A stretch of DNA of 64,000 bases. It comes from a virus (taxonomy: Duplodnaviria; Caudoviricetes). Under the pieces are notes generated by a model. It did not search any database. It was given only the letters and a program-made list of their open reading frames with translations, and was not told the origin of the DNA. The stretch lies in IMG/VR virus record IMGVR_UViG_3300009610_000008, positions 918 to 64,917 of that record; one strand, given 5' to 3'. Position numbers and translations under genes: made by a program. Positions 47,509 to 57,199 of this stretch are shown here, one piece after another (within the stretch, counting starts at the first letter, position 1; each line of letters starts with the position of its first letter).

Positions 47509-49654
47509 CGGCTGGGCCTCCTTTACCGCCCATTAGACCTTGTAATGCAGCCATGGGGTTGGCTTGAGCAGGTGAGCCGGGGGGTGGGGGCGGGATCATC
47601 AGGCGTTCGATATCCTTGCCCTTACCCATAGCCTTCAACACATCCTTGATCGCCTCGTCGATGTGCATCTTGTCCGGGTTTTCCTTGGCCAAGCCGTAGA
47701 CCAAGTTGGCCTCGTTGACCTTGTTCATCTTGGCGTCGGGGAACATGGAGGTGGAGTCGACAATGATTTCCCCATCATCCTCGTAGTCCTCGGGTTCCAT
47801 GGTGACCATTGAGGTTTCGACGTCTTCTAGCTGGGACGACTGACCTGTCATGAGATGGTATTGGCCAAGATCCAATGCGAGATCCTCGTTGAGTTCACTA
47901 CGTAACAATTCGCGCATCATCTCGCAATCTTCGCCGATCTTTTGGACAAACATCGATGTCGTCTGCCCAGACATTATCGCGGCATTGCGGTCCATGATAC
48001 GGGCACCCGTGGCGGTGTCGTTTTGGTTGGGTTGCAACTCAGCCATGTTGCTCAAGTTGTTGTCACCCACTGTGGATGAGATCAACTTCATGGACGACTC
48101 GTCAGTGTTCATGGACGACAGGGCAGAGGCAATGGCTGGACCAGATTGCTCGAAGCCGAATGACTTGCCACCGCCACGGGTGTAGACGACCCGGAAGCCG
48201 CTGGTGTTGCGGGTGAAGAACTCGGGGTTTGACCATAGGGCGGCGTCATCAGTCCACAGCAATGGTCTACTAATGGCGTCGATGAGGTCGTGGCGTTGGA
48301 AGAACGACTGGGCATACATGTCGGCCAGGGAGACGATGTGATGCGCGGGAGAGTCACCAGGACCCCCAAGGATGTTGTCGACAATGCGGAGTTCGGTACG
48401 TGCAATCTTGCCATCGCCAATTAGATAGGGGTAATAGAAGTGGCCTAGCCAGATGTCGCCGCATTTGTATTCGACAGTGGCATCGTCACCACCACGGCCA
48501 GGGTATTCGATTTTATGGATGGACCACCGCACCTCGATGTCGTCACTGTTGACACTCTCATTCGCGGGGTTGGTGGCCGCAGAACGTTTGACAAGGTTGT
48601 ACATGTTGAGACGTAGGCGTTCACTTTGTGTGCCAATGCCACGGGGTTCACCGTTCGGCTTGTCGGTCATCACCAGTTCAATCCGACGGGCGAGGTCGGG
48701 ATCGTAGTTGCCATCTGGGAGTTTATGTCGCTCGTACAGTTCCTGGAACCACTCAATGCCGACACGCATGTACTCACCCACGTAGGCACAGGTAGAGAGG
48801 GTGTCGAACTCTGGCTCGGGGAAGATGTCGCCGGGGAAGGTGTACTTGACACTGGGGCCAACGTAACCGCGTTCGTCGTAGATAATGCGTAGCCTACCCT
48901 TATGTCCATATTGTTGGGCGAGGACAGGGATCGCTTGCAATGCGGCATCATCCATGGCCTCCTCGTCATTGGGGTCGAGACTGGCGGCATTGGCAATGTC
49001 TTCAATAATAGGTACCAATTGAGGTTCGTAGGTTTCCAGGACTGCCGCAATCATGTCGTCGGTCATGCGCTCTGGACGTACTAGGCGTACCCGTTTGATG
49101 GTCGTATCATCCCAGCCCCAGCTATTGGGACCCCAACCGGTGATCCAGGCACTAGTGAGGGTCTTGTTGACGACACGTGACTTGCGTTGGGCCTTGTCGT
49201 AGAAGTACATGTATGAGGCAGAGAGACGGTCGGCACGTGCAGTGTCTTGGGATCGACAGGTGATGATGGGGACGTTGGCGTTGACACGGGCGACCATGCG
49301 CTGGCAGGCATTCCATAGGACGGGTAGACCATCTGTGCGATCCTGGCGCTTGATACGGGATGAGGCTTGGCGTAGAATGGCGACACTGTCACTGGCGAAT
49401 GCCCCGTCTAAATTCATGGGTGGGGCAATGGTGGGGTCATTGAGTGTGATGGGTTGGCGATAACCACTATACGACTCCCAGGTTCTCTCCCACATTGGCC
49501 AGTAGTTCAACTCCAGCCATGACTCACTACGGTGGATGCGGTCATCCATATTGCGGGCGCGGTCCTCGTCGTGGTCCTTGGTGGAGAAGTCACTGTTACC
49601 CGTGGGAGTATATGGCCCACCACCGGCGACATCTACTTGTTCTTGTGTTGTCAT
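47294..49654 (-). CDS. Portal protein (P22/SU10-like)
   Basis: Size and synteny after TerL; ITGWG, DIFPEP, NDTATGA motifs; Pro/Gly-rich tail. Confidence 0.85.
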   Translation of the reverse strand: MTTQEQVDVAGGGPYTPTGNSDFSTKDHDEDRARNMDDRIHRSESWLELNYWPMWERTWESYSGYRQPITLNDPTIAPPMNLDGAFASDSVAILRQASSRIKRQDRTDGLPVLWNACQRMVARVNANVPIITCRSQDTARADRLSASYMYFYDKAQRKSRVVNKTLTSAWITGWGPNSWGWDDTTIKRVRLVRPERMTDDMIAAVLETYEPQLVPIIEDIANAASLDPNDEEAMDDAALQAIPVLAQQYGHKGRLRIIYDERGYVGPSVKYTFPGDIFPEPEFDTLSTCAYVGEYMRVGIEWFQELYERHKLPDGNYDPDLARRIELVMTDKPNGEPRGIGTQSERLRLNMYNLVKRSAATNPANESVNSDDIEVRWSIHKIEYPGRGGDDATVEYKCGDIWLGHFYYPYLIGDGKIARTELRIVDNILGGPGDSPAHHIVSLADMYAQSFFQRHDLIDAISRPLLWTDDAALWSNPEFFTRNTSGFRVVYTRGGGKSFGFEQSGPAIASALSSMNTDESSMKLISSTVGDNNLSNMAELQPNQNDTATGARIMDRNAAIMSGQTTSMFVQKIGEDCEMMRELLRSELNEDLALDLGQYHLMTGQSSQLEDVETSMVTMEPEDYEDDGEIIVDSTSMFPDAKMNKVNEANLVYGLAKENPDKMHIDEAIKDVLKAMGKGKDIERLMIPPPPPGSPAQANPMAALQGLMGGKGGPADGKQNSGPPSEPGQGPANTNPTSPVPGGGGGGKPNGIPPITVPGLQLPGNVAGGGVELEGQLASRGGVPLT

Positions 49655-49673
49655 GTGGTCTCCTTGTTAGTGA

Positions 49674-51485
49674 CTAACTCGCCAGACGGGATGTTGCAAA
49701 GTGTTCGGTTGTGGTAAAGCGGGCCGAGGCCATCATCTCGGTGTAGAATATGTTACCACTCAGTAGATATCTACAGTTGTCCAGCATGTGGGTGCGGAAT
49801 TGAGACACCCGCTGGGTGAGGTCCTTAGATGGGGATGACGACGTCTCGGCGTAGCGATGATTACGGAACTCGGCGCGCAGCTCAAGTAGGGATTCGGCAA
49901 TAAATAGCCTGGGCCTAACAGTATGACGCCAGGGCTTGGGTTCCAATAGTTCGTCGATCTTGTCATTACCAACCGCATGTGACTTGCGCGGGTCCTGGCA
50001 GTAGATGCCATATTTGCGGTACTCGTCATAGATAAATAAATCTGGCGTCCCTTCCCCTGATATGCGAAACCCCTTGCCGGCCTGGTCCATAAGACGCGAT
50101 ACGATGCGTTCACCACCATCCCGGTGAGTGTAGGTGTACATTTCGTATGGGGTGCCGACGTGTTGACCCACAATTTCGTTGCCTTCTAGAAATGCTAGAT
50201 ACTCGGCGTAGGTGCGGACAGTGTAACGGTTACATTCATCTTCATCTCGGAGCCGTCGTCCAGTGCCGTAAACGTTACTGGGCCAGGATTCCCGATAAAA
50301 GTAGAAGTCATAATCTCTAGTAACCAACATCCATAGGGAGGCATGCTCAGTGCGTGGATGAGGATCAATGGACATGTATAGACAACCGTATTCGGGGATG
50401 GCGGTGTCTTTGATGACGTGGATTTGCTCATTGTATTTTGGGTGGACGAGTGCTCCACCTAATGCCTCGGCCTCAATCTCCATCTCACGTCTCCACATGG
50501 GTGAGCCACGCCCACCGAAGACCTTGGAGACACGTTTGAGTTTGGCCTCGTCGCGCATGGAGGGGTCACAGGAGTAGTGGACACGCAGGAATACCCAGCC
50601 TTGGGGAGAGAGATGTTTGGTTAGGCCGGGGATTGGCCCGGTGACTTCACCACCAAGCGATGGGGTTGGGACGAGTAGGCCACTGAGTCCAACCTTAGAT
50701 AGATCACTGCGGTCGAAGAGATGGGCATAGTTGTAGTCGTCCTGGTGTAGTAATTGATTGTACGACCATGGTACTTGGCGGCACTCTTTCCATACCTCGT
50801 TGAGTGGGCCGGGTTTGGCGGTGGCGATGAGCCAGATGTAGGGGGTTTTGGCGGCCAGGGCATTGGTGACACACTCCAATAGCTCATCCTCTAGGGATGC
50901 CTCGTCAAAAATATATACTGTACCGTGCTCGAAACGTATCTTGTCACTACCACTGGCGAAGGCGGCAGCACTACTGCCATTGGGGAGATTGCATTCCGCG
51001 TATGACTGGCTGTAGAGGTCAAGGGTCAGGTCGCCCAGCCAGTGTTTGCGTAGACGGTCCGTGGAGTTCATGAACAACACCTTGATCTTCTCGATGATCT
51101 TGGCGGCACGGGGTTGGTCGGCACTTTGGACGACTACACGGGTGTCGGGTTGGGTGGCCATCATATGGGCGGCGAGACCGGCGGCGGTCCAGGACATCAT
51201 GAGGGTGCGGGACTTGTAGGCGGCATGGATGATGGACTCGCCACGTGGGGGTCTAACCATGAGGTCGTCGGCGATGTAGTCAAAATAGGGGGAGAGTGGG
51301 AAACCTTTACGACTGTTGGAGTCCTGTTCGTCGACGGTTTTGGTGCCATTGCGTAGCCAATACATGGCCGATTTGGCACTATTGTCCAATGACTCGCGGT
51401 AGATGAGTTCATCGGTTAACTCGGCAATGCTGGTGGCTAGCCGTACGTTGTCGAGCGCCGGGAGTGGGATGAAGGTGTCGGCCAT
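49674..51485 (-). CDS. terL: Terminase large subunit
   Basis: KSRTLMMSW (Walker A variant), YIFDEA, ATAKPG, WRREMEIE, nuclease SIDPH, HMLDNCRY. Confidence 0.92.
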   Translation of the reverse strand: MADTFIPLPALDNVRLATSIAELTDELIYRESLDNSAKSAMYWLRNGTKTVDEQDSNSRKGFPLSPYFDYIADDLMVRPPRGESIIHAAYKSRTLMMSWTAAGLAAHMMATQPDTRVVVQSADQPRAAKIIEKIKVLFMNSTDRLRKHWLGDLTLDLYSQSYAECNLPNGSSAAAFASGSDKIRFEHGTVYIFDEASLEDELLECVTNALAAKTPYIWLIATAKPGPLNEVWKECRQVPWSYNQLLHQDDYNYAHLFDRSDLSKVGLSGLLVPTPSLGGEVTGPIPGLTKHLSPQGWVFLRVHYSCDPSMRDEAKLKRVSKVFGGRGSPMWRREMEIEAEALGGALVHPKYNEQIHVIKDTAIPEYGCLYMSIDPHPRTEHASLWMLVTRDYDFYFYRESWPSNVYGTGRRLRDEDECNRYTVRTYAEYLAFLEGNEIVGQHVGTPYEMYTYTHRDGGERIVSRLMDQAGKGFRISGEGTPDLFIYDEYRKYGIYCQDPRKSHAVGNDKIDELLEPKPWRHTVRPRLFIAESLLELRAEFRNHRYAETSSSPSKDLTQRVSQFRTHMLDNCRYLLSGNIFYTEMMASARFTTTEHFATSRLAS

Positions 51486-52115
51486 TTAGTCACTAACTGG
51501 TGTGACATCAATTATACCTTTGACCCCCGATGCACGTAACGTCCCACCGGCTTGTTGGACGAGTTCGAGGAGCCGTAACTTCAGGTCGTCGGTGGAGAGG
51601 GCGGCTAGTTTGTCGCCGATTTCGTGCTCGACAACAGCCTTGGATGGGTGGTTGGCACCGAGGACATCGAGTAGTTTGGCTGCGGCCATTGTCCTAGTTC
51701 TATGATCGGCTGTGAAATGGGGGTTGCCACCCCTGTCATAGGTCACACGCTCGGCAATCATGGCGTCGTCCAGGACAGCGAATGCCCGTGCAATACGTAC
51801 CCCAACGAGTGCCGCCACCTCCTGGGCCTTGAGGAACATGGCACGTTCCATGGTGGCCTGGGCGACCAGACGTCCATTGCGAATACGTTCACGTAGATAA
51901 GTGGAGAGTTCGGCTTCTGGGATACGAAAGCGGATGGCGAGGGCGGCGATGTATTCGTCAATGTTATCGGCGGCTGGCGGGTAGGCGGCAGTGAAGTCGT
52001 CAATGGTGCGTGACCACCTGGGACTAGATGACCCCACTGCCTTACCCGCCCCGTTGGTGGACACCGTGGGGGAGGTGACCAGGAGAGAGTTACGAGAGTT
52101 GAGTTTAAGTGCCAT
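51486..52115 (-). CDS. Putative terminase small subunit
   Basis: Immediately upstream of TerL; helical; DHRTRTMAAAKLLDVLG...LSTDDLK. Confidence 0.65.
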   Translation of the reverse strand: MALKLNSRNSLLVTSPTVSTNGAGKAVGSSSPRWSRTIDDFTAAYPPAADNIDEYIAALAIRFRIPEAELSTYLRERIRNGRLVAQATMERAMFLKAQEVAALVGVRIARAFAVLDDAMIAERVTYDRGGNPHFTADHRTRTMAAAKLLDVLGANHPSKAVVEHEIGDKLAALSTDDLKLRLLELVQQAGGTLRASGVKGIIDVTPVSD

Positions 52116-52138
52116 GCGGTGGACCACTTAGTGACTAA

Positions 52139-52579
52139 CTATGCCGATTTGCCAAATACAAGCTCCTGGTGAACCACCATCCGTGGGCCAAGTTCCACCT
52201 CACCAGTGCCGACATCATACATATAAGTACGGCCATACATGTCGGGGCCTTGCGAGTAGGCGACGTGGGTGGGGGTGATGGCTTCGATCTCGCAGTAGTC
52301 GTACATCCCACTGCACATCTCGCCATTCCCATTGCCATTCTTGCCCTTGGCCTTTTTAGACTTCGCCTGGGCGCGTGCCTCCTCCATCAGGGCCTCCTGG
52401 ACTTTAGCGGTCTTGGTGGCCTGATTCTCCTTGTCGGTGATGCGGACCCCGTTGGACGCATTGCTGGTGGAGGCACGCTTGGCCTCACGCCGTTCATTGC
52501 TGTACACCTCGGCCTTGGACCCAGTGGGCTTGAGACCCATGTACAGCACTTTCTCGTTCATGTCCATTTTGCTGGGCAT
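52139..52579 (-). CDS. Hypothetical protein
   Basis: GGGAG SD before ATG 52579; downstream of a promoter. Confidence 0.65.
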   Translation of the reverse strand: MPSKMDMNEKVLYMGLKPTGSKAEVYSNERREAKRASTSNASNGVRITDKENQATKTAKVQEALMEEARAQAKSKKAKGKNGNGNGEMCSGMYDYCEIEAITPTHVAYSQGPDMYGRTYMYDVGTGEVELGPRMVVHQELVFGKSA

Positions 52580-52601
52580 GTGTTGATACTCCCTAGACGA
52601 T

Positions 52602-52631
52602 AGAGTACAGGAGAGTGACACGAGATGTCAA
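52602..52631 (-). promoter_or_regulatory. Putative promoter with TTGAC-N7-GTCAC inverted repeat
   Basis: On the - strand: TTGACA 52631-52626, 18-bp spacer, TACTCT 52607-52602. Confidence 0.6.
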
Positions 52632-52691
52632 CAGGTCCCCCAAGGGGGACGCAACGACAAAGTGAGACGACAGTATTGTAACGTTTCAATC

Positions 52692-53051
52692 CTATGCCGG
52701 GTTAGTGACCAACTCCAGTTTGGGATGGCGCAATTGGAATACCAGATTCACTAACCATGCGGCATCGGCGACACGCACGGGGGTGGCGGTTTCGATAGCG
52801 GCGGCAAGTGCAGCGGTTTCATCAACTTCCAGGTTGACGTCGCGGGTGCCGTAGCCGTTGGGCATTTGTTGCCAACTGTACTGCTGGCCAACAATGGTGA
52901 ACCCAGTCTCCACCTGTTCCTGGTCGGTCAGGCGCACCTTGTCGAGGATACGTAAATAGATACTCGCGTCCTTGAGGCTGGTGGCGTTGTGGTTGCCCAC
53001 CATGTTCCACAGGATGATGCGCTGGGGGAAGGTGACGGTGATGGACTGCAT
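52692..53051 (-). CDS. Hypothetical protein (possible fibre chaperone)
   Basis: Follows the fibre gene; TAATG coupling. Confidence 0.6.
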   Translation of the reverse strand: MQSITVTFPQRIILWNMVGNHNATSLKDASIYLRILDKVRLTDQEQVETGFTIVGQQYSWQQMPNGYGTRDVNLEVDETAALAAAIETATPVRVADAAWLVNLVFQLRHPKLELVTNPA

Positions 53052-53338
53052 TAGAGTATCTTATTCACCACTCCCTCTACTGCCGCCTGCAATGCCTCGT
53101 CTGTGACCGCACTGCCAGCCGTTTGTACTGCGGGGTCCATGACGGTGGGTGGTTGGATCTGACCGGCGATGGCGTCCGGGTTCTGCATGGCCAGGACGGC
53201 CCACTTTTCGCGGGTATTGTGAGCTGGCACACTACTGGCTTCGATCATAATGCTGTCGGCGTACTTGAGCACCGCCACCTTGACCCTGCCCCTGAAGGTC
53301 ATGTCTGACATGAGGGCTGCCGATTCTGTATAAGTCAT
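53051..53338 (-). CDS. Hypothetical protein
   Basis: GAGGA SD; fibre-associated position. Confidence 0.65.
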   Translation of the reverse strand: MTYTESAALMSDMTFRGRVKVAVLKYADSIMIEASSVPAHNTREKWAVLAMQNPDAIAGQIQPPTVMDPAVQTAGSAVTDEALQAAVEGVVNKIL

Positions 53339-53352
53339 GATATATTTCCTCT

Positions 53353-55353
53353 CTAAGTTGCTTTGACGAAACCACTGCCGTCAACCGATAGTGTCTTCAA
53401 CGTCCCGCCCAGATACATCTTGATCACGGTATCGCTGACAGTGAACATGGCACGGGCGGCGGTGACATTGAATAACGTCCAGACACCCATTCCCGACGCT
53501 CCGACATTGATCCCCATTTTGTACTCCCTAGACACATCCTTGATGGTGATCCCCATGTCGGCGTTGCCCACGGTGCTAACGAGCCTCATCGACGCATACT
53601 GGTCCAGGATGTCCAACTTCACCCCAGGGGTGTCGGTGCCGATACCGAAGTTACCGCCGATGACATTAGTGGCAATGTTGCGCCATGCCACGTAGGCACT
53701 GACGCACTCTAGCCTCCCGCAGTTGGCAATGCCGTCGTAGTATATGCCAAAGCCGGTCTCCCCTGATGCTATGATGTGGTCGCCCCTGGCCCCCAGGACG
53801 ACGTGTGAGGAGCCGACTGAGGAGATTATGGTGCCGCTTACCTCCAGCTTGTTGTTGGCCTGGGCTGGGACCGTGCCGATACCAACGTTGCCATCCGTCC
53901 CCAGGTAGAGTTGACGGACGACGCCGCCGTTGCTGTTGGCCGAGAAATCCAGGACACCGTTAGCCGAGTGCAGGCGAAACCCGGTAGGTGAGGTCGTGGT
54001 CTCGATGGTAAACACGTTGAGCAGGCCGCTGTCTTCGACTGTGAAGCGGGTGGTACCGGCGAGGTTTCTACGCACGGTGGCCTGATTCATGATGCAGATA
54101 CCGGCAGCCATGTAGAGGGTTCTATCGGGATTGCTGCCGCTGTCGATATGGATCACCCTGCCCGCGGTGATGTGGTCGTAGAGGATGAAGTTGTTGGAGC
54201 CGCTGTCGCCGACGCCGATGCCGAACGACCACTTGGAACTGCTGCTGGCCGACAGGCGGATGTAGGTGCCGCCACCGCCTGGGGCGTTCATGAATAGACC
54301 TTCCGGGCCGGTGGTGGCGAGGCTGTAGGCGTTGGACAGGGAGAAGCCGTTGCCGTCGATGTTGGCGATCCAGGGGTTGTTGCCGGGGATGGTGACGTTG
54401 GTACGGCCATTGGCGATGTCGTCTACAGCGGTGACACCAGGACCCACGAGGTTGACGACGCCACGGAGAGGTAATGGGATACCGTCGTCCTGGACAATAG
54501 AGGCACCACCGGCGGGACCGATGGGACCGGGGATACCTGGGGGGCCTGGGGGGCCGGTGGCACCCTTTGCCAGGATGAGGATGTCGACGTCGGTGTTATT
54601 GGAGAAGGTGCCCGCACCACTAGATGAGACAAATTCAACGGGGGCGTAGAACCAGTCGGGCATGTTGACGGCGGGGCCGACGAGACGCCAGATTTGATAG
54701 TTGGTGGTGAGGTCCCTGGCCTGGATCATGAACTCGTCGGGCGGGGTCATCGCCATGAAGATGTTGACGACGTCGAAGCCGTCCTGGGTGATCCAGTCGA
54801 TGATCAGGTTGGTGGACAGGGACTGGGTGGGGTTGTCGTATTTGAATTTGCCGGTGCCGGGGTCGCTGAGGGCGTTGTTGGTGGTGTCGACGCTGTAGGA
54901 GAAGATCGAGGCCGATGCGCCGGGAGGTCCAACTTCACCTTGTGGGCCAGCGGGGCCAGCTGGGCCTGGGGCACCGGTGGGGCCGGTGTTGTCGGCATCC
55001 GGGGTGAGCATTTGGAACGACGGTCCCCACGGGTAGTAGGCGAGTTGGACGTACTGGTGGGTGACGATGTCACCAGGAGCTAATGACACATTTATGGCGT
55101 GATCGACCTTGTAGATGGGGAGTGGCGGGAGGCCGTTGAGACTGAGGGTGACTGGGCCAGTGTTGATACCGGAGGCAAAGAAGGCGACTTGGACGTAGGG
55201 TAGTTGTTCGGTGAGTTGGTCGTAACTGGATAGGGCAGGGGATGGGTTGCCCGTGATGGTAGTCGTCCCTACGGGGGTAAAGGTGATGACACCTTGGGGG
55301 CGGGCTGGTTCTTCGACGCTGGTGGTCTCGATGGAACGGGTGTGGATACTCAT
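53353..55353 (-). CDS. Tail fibre protein with collagen-like GXY repeats
   Basis: GPTGAPGPAGPAGPQGEVGPPG and GATGPPGPPGIPGPIGPAG; GNVGIGT and GNFGIGTDTP fibre repeats. Confidence 0.85.
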   Translation of the reverse strand: MSIHTRSIETTSVEEPARPQGVITFTPVGTTTITGNPSPALSSYDQLTEQLPYVQVAFFASGINTGPVTLSLNGLPPLPIYKVDHAINVSLAPGDIVTHQYVQLAYYPWGPSFQMLTPDADNTGPTGAPGPAGPAGPQGEVGPPGASASIFSYSVDTTNNALSDPGTGKFKYDNPTQSLSTNLIIDWITQDGFDVVNIFMAMTPPDEFMIQARDLTTNYQIWRLVGPAVNMPDWFYAPVEFVSSSGAGTFSNNTDVDILILAKGATGPPGPPGIPGPIGPAGGASIVQDDGIPLPLRGVVNLVGPGVTAVDDIANGRTNVTIPGNNPWIANIDGNGFSLSNAYSLATTGPEGLFMNAPGGGGTYIRLSASSSSKWSFGIGVGDSGSNNFILYDHITAGRVIHIDSGSNPDRTLYMAAGICIMNQATVRRNLAGTTRFTVEDSGLLNVFTIETTTSPTGFRLHSANGVLDFSANSNGGVVRQLYLGTDGNVGIGTVPAQANNKLEVSGTIISSVGSSHVVLGARGDHIIASGETGFGIYYDGIANCGRLECVSAYVAWRNIATNVIGGNFGIGTDTPGVKLDILDQYASMRLVSTVGNADMGITIKDVSREYKMGINVGASGMGVWTLFNVTAARAMFTVSDTVIKMYLGGTLKTLSVDGSGFVKAT

Positions 55354-55524
55354 GTTAGTAACTAACCGGTGCTATCGTCGCTTATTGTACTACGCCGGTC
55401 CACTGGTCGCCCGTCGACAGGACAAGATGGAAGAGAGATCCTGCCGTAACCGAGTGGACCGGCGTGTAGTTGGCCAGTGTGGTCGTCCACTCCAACACTG
55501 GCCAAGATGGTGACTAGTAAGTGA

Positions 55525-56244
55525 CTAGCGGTTCTTACGTGCGTAGAGCGAGGTGCCCACGGTGGACTTGGGGGTCGTGGTGCTGGAGGCGGTGGCGGTG
55601 ACAGGGGCATCACCGGCTGGGGGTGTGGCCGGTTGGACGGTGTGGGCGACATCGATGGATAGGGTACCATCACCGCCAATGAGGGAGCCACCAGACATGG
55701 AGAGGGTGAGGGGCATGTCGACAATGGGAGTGACACCGGGGAGGGCGGCGAAGGTGGCGGTACCGCCAGTGGCAGAGGTGAGGAAGGTGACCGGGACATC
55801 ACTGGAGACGACAGTGTCGCCGCATTTGATTTGCAACATCCCACTCCCGGTATAGGTGGTGGTGCCGTAGGTGTAGGTGGCAAGGGCACTTTGGAATACC
55901 AGGGCCTCACCAGCGGCGGGTGCTGGGACGAGAGTGAGTGGGGTGGTGGATAGGGCAAGGATGTCGCTGGATGTGACCGGGGCAGTGACAGTGACTGGAG
56001 GCAATGGGGGCACTGGTGGTACATCTACTGGGGGGATGTAGTTGGTCGAGATGGTGCGCGACCCTGACACATCCTGGGTGATCATGACGGGCGGGACGGT
56101 CTCGCCCTCGCGCGGGGCCGGGATGATATACGGGTCGTCGCCGTCGCCGGTACGGGTCTGTGGGAACGGGGCGAGAGGGGTGGCGGTGACCGTGGGTGGT
56201 GCAGTGACCACTGGGGTATGGGTGGTGGAAGTGGTGCTAGGCAT
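55525..56244 (-). CDS. Pro/Thr-rich hypothetical (possibly virion decoration) protein
   Basis: AGGAG SD; ILALSTTPLTLVPAPAAGEAL beta-sandwich-like domain. Confidence 0.65.
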   Translation of the reverse strand: MPSTTSTTHTPVVTAPPTVTATPLAPFPQTRTGDGDDPYIIPAPREGETVPPVMITQDVSGSRTISTNYIPPVDVPPVPPLPPVTVTAPVTSSDILALSTTPLTLVPAPAAGEALVFQSALATYTYGTTTYTGSGMLQIKCGDTVVSSDVPVTFLTSATGGTATFAALPGVTPIVDMPLTLSMSGGSLIGGDGTLSIDVAHTVQPATPPAGDAPVTATASSTTTPKSTVGTSLYARKNR

Positions 56245-56266
56245 GATGGTAGAACGCTCCTACGGA

Positions 56267-56332
56267 GGAGTATACACTATTACACTATTACACGGAGTAG
56301 ACACTATTACACGGAGTAGACACTATTACACG
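56267..56332. repeat. Tandem repeat, 19-bp unit ACACTATTACACGGAGTAG (2 full copies plus partial and degenerate copies)
   Basis: Full units at 56282-56300 and 56301-56319, partial at 56320-56332, degenerate copy upstream. Confidence 0.9.
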
Positions 56333-56865
56333 CTGAAACCGGCGGCTTTTAGTTCTGCGTTGCGTTGCTGGAAGGCGGCGGCGTCACCGTCCTTGTCGTA
56401 GTCGAATGCCCACCACCCGGCACTGTACACTTCATACAAGCTGGAGCCGTTAGTGACTAACAGCCAGAACTGTGGGACAGTGACGTAGCCATCTGGGGTC
56501 GGGGCGTAGATGTCGAATATCAACTGCGGCCAGTAGTTCCTGGCCCACTGTAGTACTGCGTCTGCCGTCTCGGGGGTGCAGTAGTCAACTGGGTTAAGGG
56601 GGTAGACGGGACGTTCAAAGCTGTAGCCTAAATTCACACTCCAGGGCCGCTCAAATGTCGATGGACCCACTGGTTGGAGGTTGTTGACATAGTAGATGCA
56701 CTTGGTCACCGGGCTGTAGAGGTAACCGGGCATGGCGCGGACGAGGATTTTGGATAGGTCGATGGCGCGGGCGACAGCCTGCTGGTTGGGGGCAACGCCC
56801 TGAGGACCGGGTGCCGCAGGCACAGTAACAGTAGATGGTGTAGATGGCGTAGATGAGGTAGACAT
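56326..56865 (-). CDS. Hypothetical protein, first gene of the leftward structural operon
   Basis: AGGAGAAC SD. Confidence 0.7.
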   Translation of the reverse strand: MSTSSTPSTPSTVTVPAAPGPQGVAPNQQAVARAIDLSKILVRAMPGYLYSPVTKCIYYVNNLQPVGPSTFERPWSVNLGYSFERPVYPLNPVDYCTPETADAVLQWARNYWPQLIFDIYAPTPDGYVTVPQFWLLVTNGSSLYEVYSAGWWAFDYDKDGDAAAFQQRNAELKAAGFSV

Positions 56866-57058
56866 GGACTATGTGGTTCTCCTGGGGTAGTGGTCAACAG
56901 TGGTCAACATAACCATGCGCCCAGCGGTGGGACAAGGGAGGAAGGTGGGGGAGAACCAATCACTGAACCACCCCACCCCACTACTCCCCTGTAACCACTA
57001 CTGGACGCATGGCCTGCTCGTATGGCATCAACGTGACTAGAACAACACTACACTATAT

Positions 57059-57088
57059 ATGGTAGCAGATGTTGACGTGGCGTGTCAA
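57059..57088 (-). promoter_or_regulatory. Putative structural-operon promoter with TTGAC-N7-GTCAA inverted repeat
   Basis: On the - strand: TTGACA 57088-57083, 18-bp spacer, TGcTACCAT ending at 57059. The 17-mer is 16/17 identical to 5422-5438. Confidence 0.75.
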
Positions 57089-57199
57089 GTAGTGGGTGGA
57101 GTGACTAACTTTTTAATCCTTGACAAATGCGACATCCTGTGGTACGCGCGTGCGCGCCCGTTTCCTTTATATGTTTCATTTCAACTTTTCACCAGCGTT

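Noticed and set aside
56267-56332. 19-bp repeats as a mini CRISPR array
   Set aside because: The units are directly adjacent with no unique spacers, and there are no cas genes; the 13114 nuclease sits in a recombination context.
57120-57148. Rightward promoter at TTGACA 57120-57125
   Set aside because: The -10 (TACGCG) is poor and it would read antisense into the 57200 gene; support is insufficient.
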